A program made the translations under genes and the position numbers. From the NCBI GenBank assembly GCA_030141605.1, contig JAQGDQ010000185.1, forward strand, positions 361,637 to 425,636: a DNA stretch of 64,000 nucleotides, in the 5' to 3' direction. The DNA is from Tubiluchus corallicola. Taxonomy: Eukaryota > Animalia > Priapulida. Under the pieces are notes generated by a model. That model searched no databases and had not been told where the DNA came from. It saw only the letters and a list, made by a program, of their open reading frames with translations. This document shows, piece after piece, positions 1 through 32,433 of this stretch. How positions within the stretch are numbered: position 1 is the stretch's first letter; every line of letters begins with the position of its first letter.

Positions 1-2635
1 AATTTGACCCTATTTCAGTATTTCACTGAAGCTGCACCTACATTATCAAAACAGAACGAAACGATGTACTGCAGGGAACAATTCTAGGCCTCAAATTTAT
101 TAAATGACTGTATTAAGTTCAGTTACGTTGCCTTATGCATTATTTGTGCAGTAATAAACAATCGAATATGAATTGTTTTTCAGCCATATCTCTACCAGCT
201 AACAAGGAGGATGGACTTGCTAAACTTCCAGACAACTACAAATTGGATGAGCCTTTTAAAACGAAAATGTAGTTTAATTTTTTTCGAGAACTTGTTATTA
301 ACTATATATACTAGCATTGTTGTATTTACTGTGATAATGATAAAACTATTTGTTAATTGCACAAAATTTGCTGTAATAATAAATGCAACGGTCGAGATTA
401 TTATATAGTATTTGTAGGTATAATTTGTAGCTTTTACAAACATATAATCATAAAACATATTAACGATTGTTTGTTAAATTTGGGAAGAATTGTAAAATTT
501 GATTGCCATAGTCAGACTGAGAAATATATGTTTTATAACATTTATTTTATTCTAATTAGATTTGTTTTAACCATCTGACGTAGTAGTATCGCATTTCTGT
601 AATGTAGTTTGAGAAAGTAAATGGTAAGAGTAGTACAGTAATATCTTATAGTGGCGCAGTGAATTTCTATTCAAGTTTGAAATAATTTTTGAAATAAATA
701 TTGCGTAAAACATATTCCCCTTACACTATATTTATAGTTGTATCATTCGTAGTTATAATAAGTGTTTATGATAACTAGATTATTGATATAAATCATGCTT
801 TCTTATCAGAAAAACGATACTTTTGTCTTGTGATGCATTTGCTACATCTTTTGATTTCTCCTTTCTATGTCTTTATTTACACTTTTGTTTTTCTCTCGAT
901 TTTCCTTTTCTTCTTTTTTCATTTGCCTTTCGCTCTGTTTTGCTATTGCCAAATTATTTACATTAAATTTGCCATCTGTTTTAACAGCGACAAGAATACT
1001 GAATTGTTGCGACGAGGAAAGTGCAGATATTAAACGAAGATAAAAATAAAATAAAATTCTCTTTTTAACCATTTTTAATCTGTACCAAATAAAATATGTT
1101 TAAACTAAAAGAAGATACAGAAGAAATTGGTGACGCTGGTGCTGACGTTGATTATGGTGTTATATATAAACCTTGTCTAGGTGTGTTTAATTGGGGGTTT
1201 GTGGCATTGTTGACAATGTTTAATGAGAAAATACTAGGTGAGAATCGTAAATTCAAACAAAATAAGGTGGTGACGTGAAATAAAGTCAGCCGAGGTGAAC
1301 TGAGGTAAATTGATATGGAATAATGTGAGGAAAAGTAGAGATATGAAATGTAGTGAGGTGTTTTAAGTGACTTGTGTTATACCTTTTCGTAGTTTGTATC
1401 TTTTACTTTCTAATCGTTGTTCGTCTTGTTTTTTCTTAAAAAACATTCTTGTTTTCATTTGCAAATAAATAACAAGACTTGGACAAATGTGAAACAATAA
1501 ACAAAAGGACAGTACGCGCATCATTCGCAGATGTTTACTCTCGAGTTTTTATTTATCATTGATATGAGCACAAAATTTCATAGATTGGTTTTTAATAAAT
1601 TTTTAAAATTATTTTAAAATATTAGTTGTTACATTAGCACTGTTCGATGCATTTGTTCATTTAAACTTCTGTAGGTTTTAGGTTTTGCAATAAATTGTAC
1701 CGCTTTGGTAGATTTAAAAGCACAAGAAAATGCTTCATAAACAAAGCTTAAAACATTCGTCTTGAAATTTATATCACTTACCTGCAGTCTTATTGCATAC
1801 AGGGTTTCGTTAGCAGTAAAGCTGTATGAAACATGTATGAAATTACATTGCGCAAATTTTCAAAAAAATCAGAGCATTCGTACACTCCTCGCTAACTAAG
1901 AAAGACTTTAATATACTTTGTATAGTCAATAAGATCAATGGTGTGTTTTTGTGAATCAGTCGCGCAAACTGAGAAAGGTGAGTTTTACCAGGTAGCGCGA
2001 ATATTTTACATTATTAAGAATTTTCTTTTCCAGTTACATAAGTCTTTCAAACGGTAAGCGTAATGCTAAGTAATATAACTTTGCATTTGAAATATACTAT
2101 AGAATATCGTTTTTCCCGTTTAATTAGAAATTACGGCACGAATATTACAGAACACGACGAGATGTAGTTTATGTGAAGAATCGGCACATTGGCCTTAAAA
2201 GTTGGCGACGGAAAAAGTTTGACACGATGGAATTCGCTGAGTGGTCAGAGTACGTGGATAGTTGCACTATTTAAGCAACGTTGGACTGACTAGTGCAATG
2301 GACGGGTTTCTATCGGGAAAACTACATGCTTTTGCAGTACTGAATTTATCTGTTTTACGGTCGCGTTGACAATGGAAGGAAAATGTATACACATCCATAT
2401 GTGACTAAAACACCTCTGCCGGAAAAGTGCCTCATCTGAGATTTGAGCGGAGGATTAATGAGTTGCTATATTCTGGTCCCTTCACCATCCTCCATCTAGT
2501 GCCCAGTCCTGCTTCTCGGCGCTACATTCTGCTTATAAAGTGCATAATTGTGGAATATCTTACGACGCATCGCTACATCTACAAATTTATTTTCGTGAAA
2601 CCAAAGTTCACTTTACTATCTCACCCTCTGTCCCG

Positions 2636-2636
<1 letters not shown>

Positions 2637-2718
<82 letters not shown>

Positions 2719-2746
2719 GTGCGTGCGTGTGCGCGCGCGTGTGTGT
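2637..2746. repeat. (CT)n microsatellite followed by short GT/GC repeats
   Basis: Seen directly. Confidence 0.95.
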
Positions 2747-3208
2747 CTTTCTTCCCCCTTCTCACAAGTCTATGCTTTCATATCTGCTATGGTACCAGCG
2801 TATGTGTGCTTGCTTCACTAAACGAGCTAACAACAGTATGTCAACTATTGACTGTAGAAATTACAGACAATGCTAAATCGTATTTTACCTGTTAGTAATT
2901 GCTATTAGTGGTAACTTGATCGACTACACAGAAATCTGCCGCAGATTTCATTTCTAATAAATTGAATTTGCCAAATACAGTATTGAAAACTGCGAGAAAA
3001 TGGCTGCTGCTGGCGCTAAGTGCTGCCTCATCCAGTGAAAGGCTAGCGGGCAAACAGTAACCGAGCGGAGCACTAATTGAACTGAATTTAGCAATGGAAG
3101 CATTCGTATGTTTTAAATGAATACAAGTTAATACATGAAAACGTTTTTAATCTACTTTCAAATCATAAGTTAAAAAAACAAGCAAGATCAGCCCCAAGCT
3201 CCAGAGCT

Positions 3209-3210
<2 letters not shown>

Positions 3211-3298
<88 letters not shown>

Positions 3299-3415
3299 TC
3301 TCTTTCTCTTTCTCTTTCTCTTTCTCTTTCTCTCTCTTTGTCTCCCTCTTTTTCTCTCTTTTCTCTCTCTCTTTCTTCCTTTCTTTCTCCTTTCCTTTCT
3401 CTTTCTCGCTCTCTC
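3211..3415. repeat. (CT)n / (CTCTTT)n polypyrimidine microsatellite
   Basis: Seen directly. Confidence 0.95.
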
Positions 3416-3479
3416 CCATGTTCTCATCTATTCTCTTAACATTAGCAGTATAAATGGAGGAATATTAAGAGCAAGAGTA

Positions 3480-4600
3480 AGAAATTATTTTGCTTGGTCA
3501 CTTTATTAATAGGTACATTTGACTATTGTTTCTATATTGTTTCCAAGATCTTAGTAACAGTAGAAATACAGAAAGTAAAGCAATAATACAATAGTAAAAG
3601 AGTAAACAAAAGAATATGAGATTAGACATACAAATTCAAATAAATCATATTGGCATAACAGTTTATACAATTTAATTTATGAAATAAAAGTTCGGTAATC
3701 ATTTAAAAAAGGACCCTATGCTTTAATTAATCACTACCAAAGTATGTTATATTTTTATATGACACGCACAGTAGCCGACTACAGCAAATTTGGCTTACAA
3801 AGGTTGGGTGTGGTCAAGAGTTCGAATACTATATTATAATACACATGTTCATCCCATAATTCTTTTAAAACTATAGTGCAAACTTTATTTCGGTTAATAA
3901 GACGTAACTGTAGGCCTAATGTATATACTAATGTTAATATCTAATACACGAGCCCGCGCTTTTAGCTAGGTGTGTGGCTACGATTGTAAAAATGCAAAAA
4001 TAAGAAATAAACCAATATATAAAAACGGTCAACAAATAGGCTTACAAAATCATGGCACCGAAAATGCGTAATATTCTGTAATAATCTAAACTCACCAAAC
4101 TGCTTTGCATTAATAACTAATCTATACTTAATATAGGTAACAAGAATAAATAAAAATTAAAAATGAATTGTGCAATGAGATTTACAAAATTAATTTGTAG
4201 GAATTTAACATAAAAAAGAACTACCTACTTCGAGACGAACTTGAATTTGAGCAAAACAAAATTTAGATTACAAGATCACATTTTACAAAAAGCGAGCAAC
4301 TGGAGAGCTGGCGCTTTACTTTTATAATTTCGTTAAAAATCAAGTTTAGTCACAATGCTTCATATTTCTGAATATTGTTTTTTCAAAAAAAGTAACGTAC
4401 ATCAAAATTTACTCAAATACGTAATACAGTTTATCAATAGCTTTACACAATAAATAAATAAATAACGGATTATTTTCTTACGTTAATTATGACACATCTC
4501 CTAAGTCAATTTAAACATTATTGCCATTATTACCAATAATTTATTTGTTACCACTTACGCCAGATCACAACTATACCAGGTTCTGCACAATTATCAGGCA
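3480..4600 (-). mobile_element. Highly decayed CR1/L2-group (Crack-like) LINE 3' fragment
   Basis: Minus-strand translation gives broken remnants resembling the post-RT region of CR1/L2-group ORF2 (GIVxxW..., KQFG...FGAMI), then a 3' UTR-like segment with a GC-richer hairpin-like patch near 3770-3815. Many stops; pattern recognition only. Confidence 0.35.
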
Positions 4601-5269
4601 ATAAAAAAGTTGAGCACATACCACTCTGACTATAATGTACAAATAGTTATACTCATGACAATGATATGCATAACGATAACTGCAACGGTTATTGCTAAAC
4701 ATTACAGCAGCCGTCGCTTCCTTTGTGCAGCACAATACCGAACACTCGCGCTGCAGCAGCTAATAATTTCATCATAACAGCGATAAGCGTTAGTAATCAG
4801 GGATTCGGAGTAATTAGCTCATCGCAACTCAAGAGAGAATTAAACATTGTACAACAGCCAGCCACTTCAGCTAATCGCTTGTAATCCCTTTACACAGAAC
4901 ACAACCCCTCGAGAGGTAGCGAATCAGTGATTATATACGGTAGTTAATCTGAAATGTAAAGAAATCATTAGTGTTCATGATTCTGGGTCTTTTTGCGAAA
5001 AACTCAGCGGCTTTCATTTGAAATTTTTCAGAAGCAACAATTTGTGAATCAACAGAAAAACTGTTGTTAAAATTATTGTTTATCTATGTTTGCTTGTGTT
5101 GAAAGGCAAGGAAAAATCACGAATATTAAGTAGGTTTGGTAAAAACAAAAACGTACTTTGATATAAACAAAAATACCAAATTAAAAAATATTATTTGATC
5201 AGAAATGCATTCTACAGATGTATTCTTAGAAATTCATTTTTAAAATCTCAATCAACAATTATGTTAATA

Positions 5270-5370
5270 TTGTGCAGGCTTCTCCGAAAAATTTTATTTT
5301 AGTACTGTACTTGTGTTTTATATTGTCTTATTGACCGGAATAAAAATTTGAATTGAATTGAATTGAATTG
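5270..5370 (+). mobile_element. LINE/SINE 3' end remnant with AATAAA and (TTGAA)n tail
   Basis: GGAATAAAAA followed by TTGAATTGAATTGAATTGAATTG; the same tail unit as the LINE ending at 62071. Confidence 0.5.
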
Positions 5371-5819
5371 TACGTAAATGTATATTTATAAATTTTGATA
5401 TTTAACACGTTAGCATTAACAAATTTTTCAAATTTGAAACTATTAAATTTAAATGAAGATTATTCAAATCTTAAGTACAGTTTATGTTATGTAATTTTAT
5501 TTAAATTAGTTTATGTTCATACATGTTAGTTTATCTTTTGTTTTGTTTTTTTGTTATGGAAATACGATATGTCCATCTGGTAATTTCTGGTAAGATTGTA
5601 GAGCTGCAGTTTTAACTTTCCTAAGTTCTATGAAGGCTGTGTTGTGAGTAACGCTCTGTGGTAGGCTTACACTCAATTCACCCCCAACCATCTATACTTA
5701 ACGTTCTACTGCCATCCACTCGCCTAATTGTTTTCTAATTTTAATTAATGTTTAGGTCTACCGGGACGTTTCTTCCCTTCTGTGCCAAGATGATATATGC
5801 GCGTTAATCACGGACATTC

Positions 5820-6254
5820 GCCTCCCGCCCCCCAACTCCCCTCTCTCTGCAGCAAGCTTCCTTTTGTGACTGTGCAATTGTTTAATTTACGAAAAGCAAT
5901 TGCCTTAAGTGGCCCATGAAAAGAAATCAATGATGGGCCGGTGCTGGCGGGCAAGTAGTGGAGAAATTAAAACGAGCAGCCTTAGTAATAAATAAGCAGG
6001 CTGTTGTGTGCTGGTGGTTGGTAAAGCCATGATGAGATCAGTACGCCCCCTGGCTTCCCCTGGTAGCCAATCAGCGACGAGTACATCGCAGCGCGTTCTA
6101 GCCCGAATCCTTTAATACTTCAGCATCTTGTCAGAAAATCTGTAATCAAATTATTCGAACGAATGTGGAAAAGCCGTCTCTAAGAAACACAAGACCGAGA
6201 TAAAATATTCACCTTTCTTATATAGTTTACATTCAGTGCGTTTCACTCGTACAA
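5820..6254 (+). promoter_or_regulatory. Probable Phox2 proximal promoter / 5' UTR
   Basis: GC-richer block upstream of the ATG with GC box CTCCCGCCCCC (~5822-5832), CTCF-core-like CGCCCCCTGG (6044-6053) and CCAAT box AGCCAATCAG (6065-6074). Motif-based inference only; TSS not determined. Confidence 0.5.
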
Positions 6255-25665
<19,411 letters not shown>

Positions 25666-27899
25666 AGCCATGCGTGAGTTTCCACTTTTTTCCAGAAAAA
25701 ATATGGAACGTATGCTCGTTTTTTTCTGGGTTATATAGGAGTTAATTATAACTTAAATTGTTTCAACTCGGTGAGTTACATGCAGCGTTTCGAAAATCCT
25801 GTTCCAGGACACCCTAGTTTTAGTCATGCACAATAAAATAATGGAGCCAAATTAATTTTGTTAAATATGTAACAACTTAATAAATACCCGTCGTGTGTAT
25901 TTCCGTTCTCTTTTGTGTGTTATTATTAAAGCAATATGAGATCTGATCCTTAAAATACGTACTGAAATCAGAAATGTGCAAATACAAATAATAGAATATA
26001 TGTCTCCGTAATATTAGAATCTCTAAAACTGATCATAACGTAAAAAAACAAAACTTTTTTATACATAATTTAACTAGTCAGATTACAATTACAATTACGT
26101 TTTCCAGATACATAGCAGATATTTATTTGCTAACTTTGCGTGATTACTAGTTCAGTATATACGTTTATTGTTTATACCATTTATTCGTACCTGTTTGCGG
26201 TACAATAAATACACAATGAAAAACTACAAATGATAAGAATTAATCATTCGTAGATTTATAGATTGTTGTTCAAAAGCTGGGTTTGCAAAAAAATTATTAA
26301 AAAACGGGAATTTAATACTAGATTTTTGTATAAAACTATTTTAAAAACTGGAACACATTTCCGCCTGAACTTATTAAATAATTATCATACTACTAAAGTT
26401 CTAAAATTGGTTACGAAGAAATACAATTTGCAACTTGTATCTGCACAATATTACAACAGCACTGAGTTTAAAGCAATGAGTTTGGTTAAGTCTATAATGT
26501 CCAATTAGTGGAGACCTAAATCTATGAAAAAGGTAAAATTAAGACTTAATTAAAATTACTTAGTAATGTACTACATTTTTGAAATTAATGATTAAGTAGT
26601 AAATAACTTAACTTTAGGTAAAATACATTACCTATAAACACTACAACCCTAAAATTAGCAATTAGCACTCTGAAAACGATTTTTTTCTGATATTATTACC
26701 ACTCGCTTGGTTTTTTCACAAGGTTGCTGCAAATGTCTTTACTGGTATTGTAGTTAATGCACACATTTTTTATATTATTTTAGCGTGTAAATAAGAAAAT
26801 TATCAACTGTTATATTGCTAAACAAATTATTTTATATGGCACTGTTTTGCCAGCATGTATGATAATGCAACAGTGTAATCAGTCATCATCCCTGCTATAT
26901 TAAATTTATTTAACTGGAACAAAATGACATCGTAAAGAGAACCTAAAAATCCTAAATGTATTAGCAAAATGCTGTAAGAAACTGAATGTAAATTCCCCAC
27001 ATTACACAAAATCAATTCTTCGCGGCCGCTTCCTAGCTTAACCAAACGTTTTTTTATTGTCCTTGGCATTAATAACGGTGAGGCGCTTTAGTAACTTAAA
27101 ATCTCAAATTTAATTAAGCAACACAGGTCTAATGTGTATTATTTTTCTGTTAATATTTTATTTGCTGAATTTATGTGATTATTATCATTGTCATTATTAC
27201 TATTATTGTTGTACATAAATGTCACCAAATGTAATATAACACGTATGATTAGTTCGTTGTGTTAGCACGTAATGCATATGCGTAAGTAACTATGTAGCTA
27301 CTATCAAAAAATTAAAAAGGTAGGCTCACAATGCCTTGTTAACATTAACATTTACGATGCCATTGCATAGGCCTGACCTATTAGGTTACCTGGGTTTTGT
27401 AGTTTAACTTTTTCTGTTATTAAATTTGAGAGCGGTCGTACTTATAATTATTAAAATAATATATTTTGAGGGAAAATTTAATAATGTCTGTACCTGAATT
27501 TTTGTTGCATAAAAACGTCGAAATATCGTCGAGCTCGTGCAGCGCTGAGCAAAAACAGAGTCCTGTTTCATTTATTGGACCCATTCGAAGAGAACGGTGT
27601 CCAAATGGTCAGTCCTGTGACTCATCGTCGTCGTTGTTGCTGTGGAAACAATCAAAAATCAGGACGAATATAACGGGACCGAACTATTGATTTTTACGAC
27701 ATTAATAATAATAATAATATTGACTTAAAGTCGGCTTTTGGATGAACGATTAACATAAGTTCAGACCTTTTGTCGTATGTAAATCCGAAATCTACAACTA
27801 CATAATAGAGGCTATTATTACCCCACTTTTACCCTAGATACCACGCGCTAGGCAGCGCAACAGCAGCTATCATTTTAAAGTCTTTGGTATGACAAAAAA

Positions 27900-28260
27900 T
27901 CAAAAATATATAATTTTGGTGTACATAATCAAAGATGAACAAAAATGAAGAATTATACACTAGAACGCAAGAAATTCCTTGGAGTTCAAATATCAAGATC
28001 CGAAGCTTAAGATGGCTATAACACCTTCTAAGATTACAAAGTGAAGTACCAGTAAAAATCGCCTTAAAGGAAGCAAAAAGCCACCGGGAAAACCACAGTG
28101 GATAGCTAAGGTGAATAAAGATGTTCAAAAACTTCAACCAAATTTATTTTCAGGAGTAGAAGAACTTACGTTGCAAGCTGCAGATAGGTGTGGGTGGAAT
28201 ACTCTAATAAATGTTAATGGCTCAATGTCTACAGTAGATAGGATGAGACCTTGAAGGTAT
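27900..28260 (+). mobile_element. RTE-type LINE 3' fragment (decayed)
   Basis: Plus-strand peptides KNEELYTRTQEIPWSSNIKIRSLRWL*HLLRL..VPVKIALKEA..KPPGKPQWIAKVNKDV..AADRCGWN follow the RTE ORF C-terminal pattern (NEELY..RRLRWxGHxxR..GRP..W..A.DR..W). Confidence 0.75.
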
Positions 28261-28264
28261 GACA

Positions 28265-28340
28265 CGGTCACTGTATCTAACTCACGATCTCTTAGACAGA
28301 AAGCAGACGCGTTGCCACTATTAGACTAAACCATTTGGCT
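28265..28340 (-). mobile_element. Possible tRNA-derived SINE head (degenerate)
   Basis: Reverse complement TGGTTTAGTCTAATAGTGGCAACGCGTCTGCTTTCTGTCTAAGAGATCGTGAGTTAGATAC has A/B-box-like spacing. Confidence 0.35.
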
Positions 28341-29849
28341 TTGTTATTACATTTTAACATTTTGAATTTTTATGCACTAGTTGCTATTGTAAATGTCCTA
28401 TAGATAAATGTATATATGTTCGGTAAAAAAAATATATCATATATGGAAACATCGTAAATCAAGCATCAAGCATAATATTATCACACTAAAGCATCAAACA
28501 GTTACTGTTGTCATGGCCACAGACCATTCACTCGTCGGCACTTCGTCCAAAAACCATGCTTAGAAAAATTAATTCGGCGTTTCCGAGACCTCTTTCGAAA
28601 TAAGTGACTACATAAGTTCACGTTTTGTTTCGTAACTTTAGAACCAAAATAAGCAAGTTGCGAAATAAGTACAAGGTAATTTTATATAATTTTACATTTG
28701 CAAATTTGATTTCTTTTTCAGTACTGCAGTGTCATTATCCGTTTAAAAAACGAAAACCAAAACTGAAAACCGAACATTTTTATGGATTGGAGTTTTATAT
28801 GTGAATGAAGTTTACAATTTAAGATTCATTCTCATTATATCTTGGTTTGTCTACAAATTCTATATCCACCATTCATCATATAGACCGTAATTTTGGTCCT
28901 TAAAACTGCTCTAGTATCAGGGAGCCTTAAGAAACCCATGGCCCCACAATCCCCACATCATTCCACTCAATAGAATAATGGTCCCAACGCTTCTCCTGGC
29001 ACTACTCTTAATCAGATTAAACTCAGATATGTTACGTCTCCTCACAAGCCTCAGACGGGCCGGATACTGATGTCACATTAACGTAATGGGCCGTGTAAAC
29101 CTGGACGTTATTTATTCATCCCTAATTAATATTTCATGAATTAATCTTGCTTGCTATTTCGGCGCAAGCAAGTGAACAAGCAATTAATGCGATTACTAGC
29201 GCCAAGCTGCCAGCAGAATACGCCTTCATTTTCAAGGACGCAGTTTGAGATGCAGAACAAAAATGATACAATTTCAATTTTTGTCAAAATTATAAATCAC
29301 AATGAACGCAGGTATTTTGTAAACCTATCATACAAAAACACTGTAGCATTGGCATTAAAGCATAATTATAAAAAAGATTCAATTTTACAGCTGCTGCTGC
29401 CGCCGTTGCCACTGTGACCGCCGCCACCACAACCACAACGGCAAAAATAAAAAACTACAAGCGCTACCGCTACACTGACGACGATGACGACAACAACAAC
29501 AGTAACAACACAACCTATGTAGCAATAGCAAAGCTAGTAAAGACCACAACTGTGCCGAAATGTTCTGATGAACTGGGAATTTTACTCTGTCAAATATAAT
29601 ACAAAACAAAACTCAATGCAGAGGATTCATTCTAGAAGCATACTCCAATGTAATTAAGTTCTTACGTCAGTGTTAACGTAAGATGACACAAAGTCATCTT
29701 TAACGGTGGTTGAGCTTTCTGTAACACCGTTAAGTACAACACATCACGAAATTGTAGATCACATCACATAGGCCTTTTGGGCTCTATTATATTATCAAAA
29801 AACTATTCCTTTTTGAACATACATGTATTTGGTATTACATTTCGTTCCT

Positions 29850-30050
29850 TTACGATATTTTATGGACCTCAATGCAGAAATGATATGGCCTTTAAAATGC
29901 AAGTGAAAAGAAGCCTCCTAGCTGTACTCACGAAAAGAATTCTTCAACAAAGCAATAGATTTGCTAAGTCTCTCGGTCACCAGTGGTGAAATAATCTTCC
30001 AAATGGACTAAGGACTACAAAGAGCAATACTCTGTACAGGAAGAAGAGAA
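29850..30050 (+). mobile_element. L2-like LINE C-terminal remnant
   Basis: Peptide RFAKSLGHQW*NNLPNGLRTTKSNTLYRKK resembles the L2 GPxLWNxLPxxLR..S..FKK motif. Confidence 0.45.
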
Positions 30051-31437
30051 TTAAGAAATGAGGACGAGGAAAGATGATACCGTATTGGCAAAGCACAATA
30101 TTTGATTAACTTGGGGAAGCTACTGTGCTTTTAAGCTGCACAGTTCAAGAAAGCCTGAAGAAAACTACTGAGGTGAAAACTACATAGCAAATCAATGATC
30201 ACGCATAGTGACACATTCTCAAACAGCCTGTAAACTCTCTCTCACTTTGGATAATGTTGTATAGTATTAAAAATCATTGCAAAATCTGTTTAAAAATTTC
30301 TAAAGTTTAATTTTTTAGACTAAAAACACACAGACAAGACTTAGTTTTTAAGGTATACACCGCAACAGAGTGCCTACATACCAAAACAAGATAAGAGTCT
30401 GCCGTGAATTCAGTAAAATATTGCACTACATGCAATAATAAAGGTTGACACAATTCAGGGTGTTCAAAAAAGTATAGAAAAGTTCAATGATCATCTGGCC
30501 ATTGTAATAATAACGTTCTTTGTCGGGTGTAGGTCTAGGTTCTTTCACAAAGTGTGGTTATTCCAATTTAAATCCAAATTTTTGGCAACTGGTAACACAG
30601 TTCCTCCAATCTAAAAAGACTGTTTTCATATAAATAAGAAGTTTTTGCAAAAGTTAAAATTTATACTTGAAAGTAAATTCCAACATTTCAAAATTCGTTT
30701 CGCAAGTCTATTTACAAATTCTTATAAATATATTTAACTGCTTAAACAAACAATGACAAACACCAGAAAAATACATATTCTATTATCATATCACATTAGA
30801 AATGCAAATTCCAAACATCACTAACTGAAAACCTGAATAGAGTTAAAAGATAAAGTTTACACTTACAGCATTACTAGAATGTTAAAGACCATGAGTAATA
30901 TAAGTAATTTGCAACTATTATTTACGCTGATACGGCAAAGGAAACGGTAACAAGAATTCAAATCAGTTCAATAATATATAATAAAATAAAACTGAACTGA
31001 ATCAGCGAGCATACTCCACATAAATAAATAAGTATGAGATGAACTAAAGGCAAGCATAGTTCTGTAACCAGTAATCTGGTCATTCAATACCCTAGGGTGA
31101 AGACTATCCAAATATTCAAATTTACATGAGTGTTTTAAAAAAAAAACAGAAAGAAATTCGGAAAGTTTCCACACATTCTTACAAAATAACAAAGGTTAAG
31201 ATGACAAAGTAACAAGATGCTAAGAAGTTAAAATAAATTAGAGAAAGTTTTCGTATATTAACTATAAATCAATTTTGCAATTACCACAACAGACAAACAA
31301 TGATGGCAAAAACAAAATAAAACTGTAGAACAAAGAAATAAATTCATAAACAAAATCACAGTAAAAATTATAACAGTATCTTGCAACATGGGTTCATATA
31401 CATAGATAAGATTCAGAGATTGACACTTAATATAACT

Positions 31438-32342
31438 TTATTTGTTTACATTCTTCTTCACTGTGGATGACTTTCCATAGAAATTGTCCAACATTAGCCC
31501 AGCAAACACCAGCGCTGTTCCAAGCCACTGCCGACTGCTCACTGGATTACCAAAGAAAATCACAGATGCCAGAATGGTAAAGAACTTACGAGTCGTCGTG
31601 ATAATAGAGCAGGTTAATGGTCCAAAATCTGCGACCGTCATAAATATGAAAAACTAAAACGGAAATAAAACATTAGTAAGTATGCTAAATGTACAGTAAT
31701 CAATGATGACGCATTCCAGCAAAACACAGCAGCAAGTAAAATGTCGCTAAATGAAGTCAAATTTTCCATAACAGGTAATGTAAAGGGTTAAGTTACAATC
31801 CGACAGCAAAGATCAGTAATCCTTAACTGATATAAGTCAAGTTTTACTGATTATGTAATGTTAATTGTTTGGTAAAAGATTAAATATACAGCGGAAGTGC
31901 GCACATTTTAGAGTAGTGGCATTTCATTATCATTTTTTGCAGTACGTTACAATGTACAATGAAATATGAAGTCTCAGTACAACTGAAATGCTTGCTTTTT
32001 TCGGCAGTTTGAAAAACGAGCATTTGTGATAAGCAGTTCTGCTGACTTAAACTTCTTCAGTATTTAATTCCATTTTGTATTCAAAAAACAGGAAGAGCAA
32101 TTCTTACCTGACCCAGTGCACTAGTGAGACCAAAGAGGAACATATATCCCAAGATGTAAGGGTAACGTTGTGCAAATGGAATAAAAGCGAATAATTCACC
32201 TGTCAAGACAACCGCTGCAAAAAGAAATGAAGCTACTTTTAGTTTTTAGCAAAATTGCAAAACTAATGTGAACAAGATCATATGAAAAGTTTTAGGTTGA
32301 AATTAGAGACAGAAAGAGAAGAGAGATGGAGGGAGAGAGGGA

Positions 32343-32433
<91 letters not shown>

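Noticed and set aside
2427-3427. SL/ER-repeat ORFs here and at 11119-11448, 20608-20848, 22101-22450 and 32278-32490
   Set aside because: Artefacts of (CT/GA)n and trinucleotide microsatellites.
30150-30185. CTGAAGA...GAAA resembling a minimal Penelope hammerhead ribozyme core
   Set aside because: Stem II and flanking stems do not pair convincingly; no Penelope ORF nearby.
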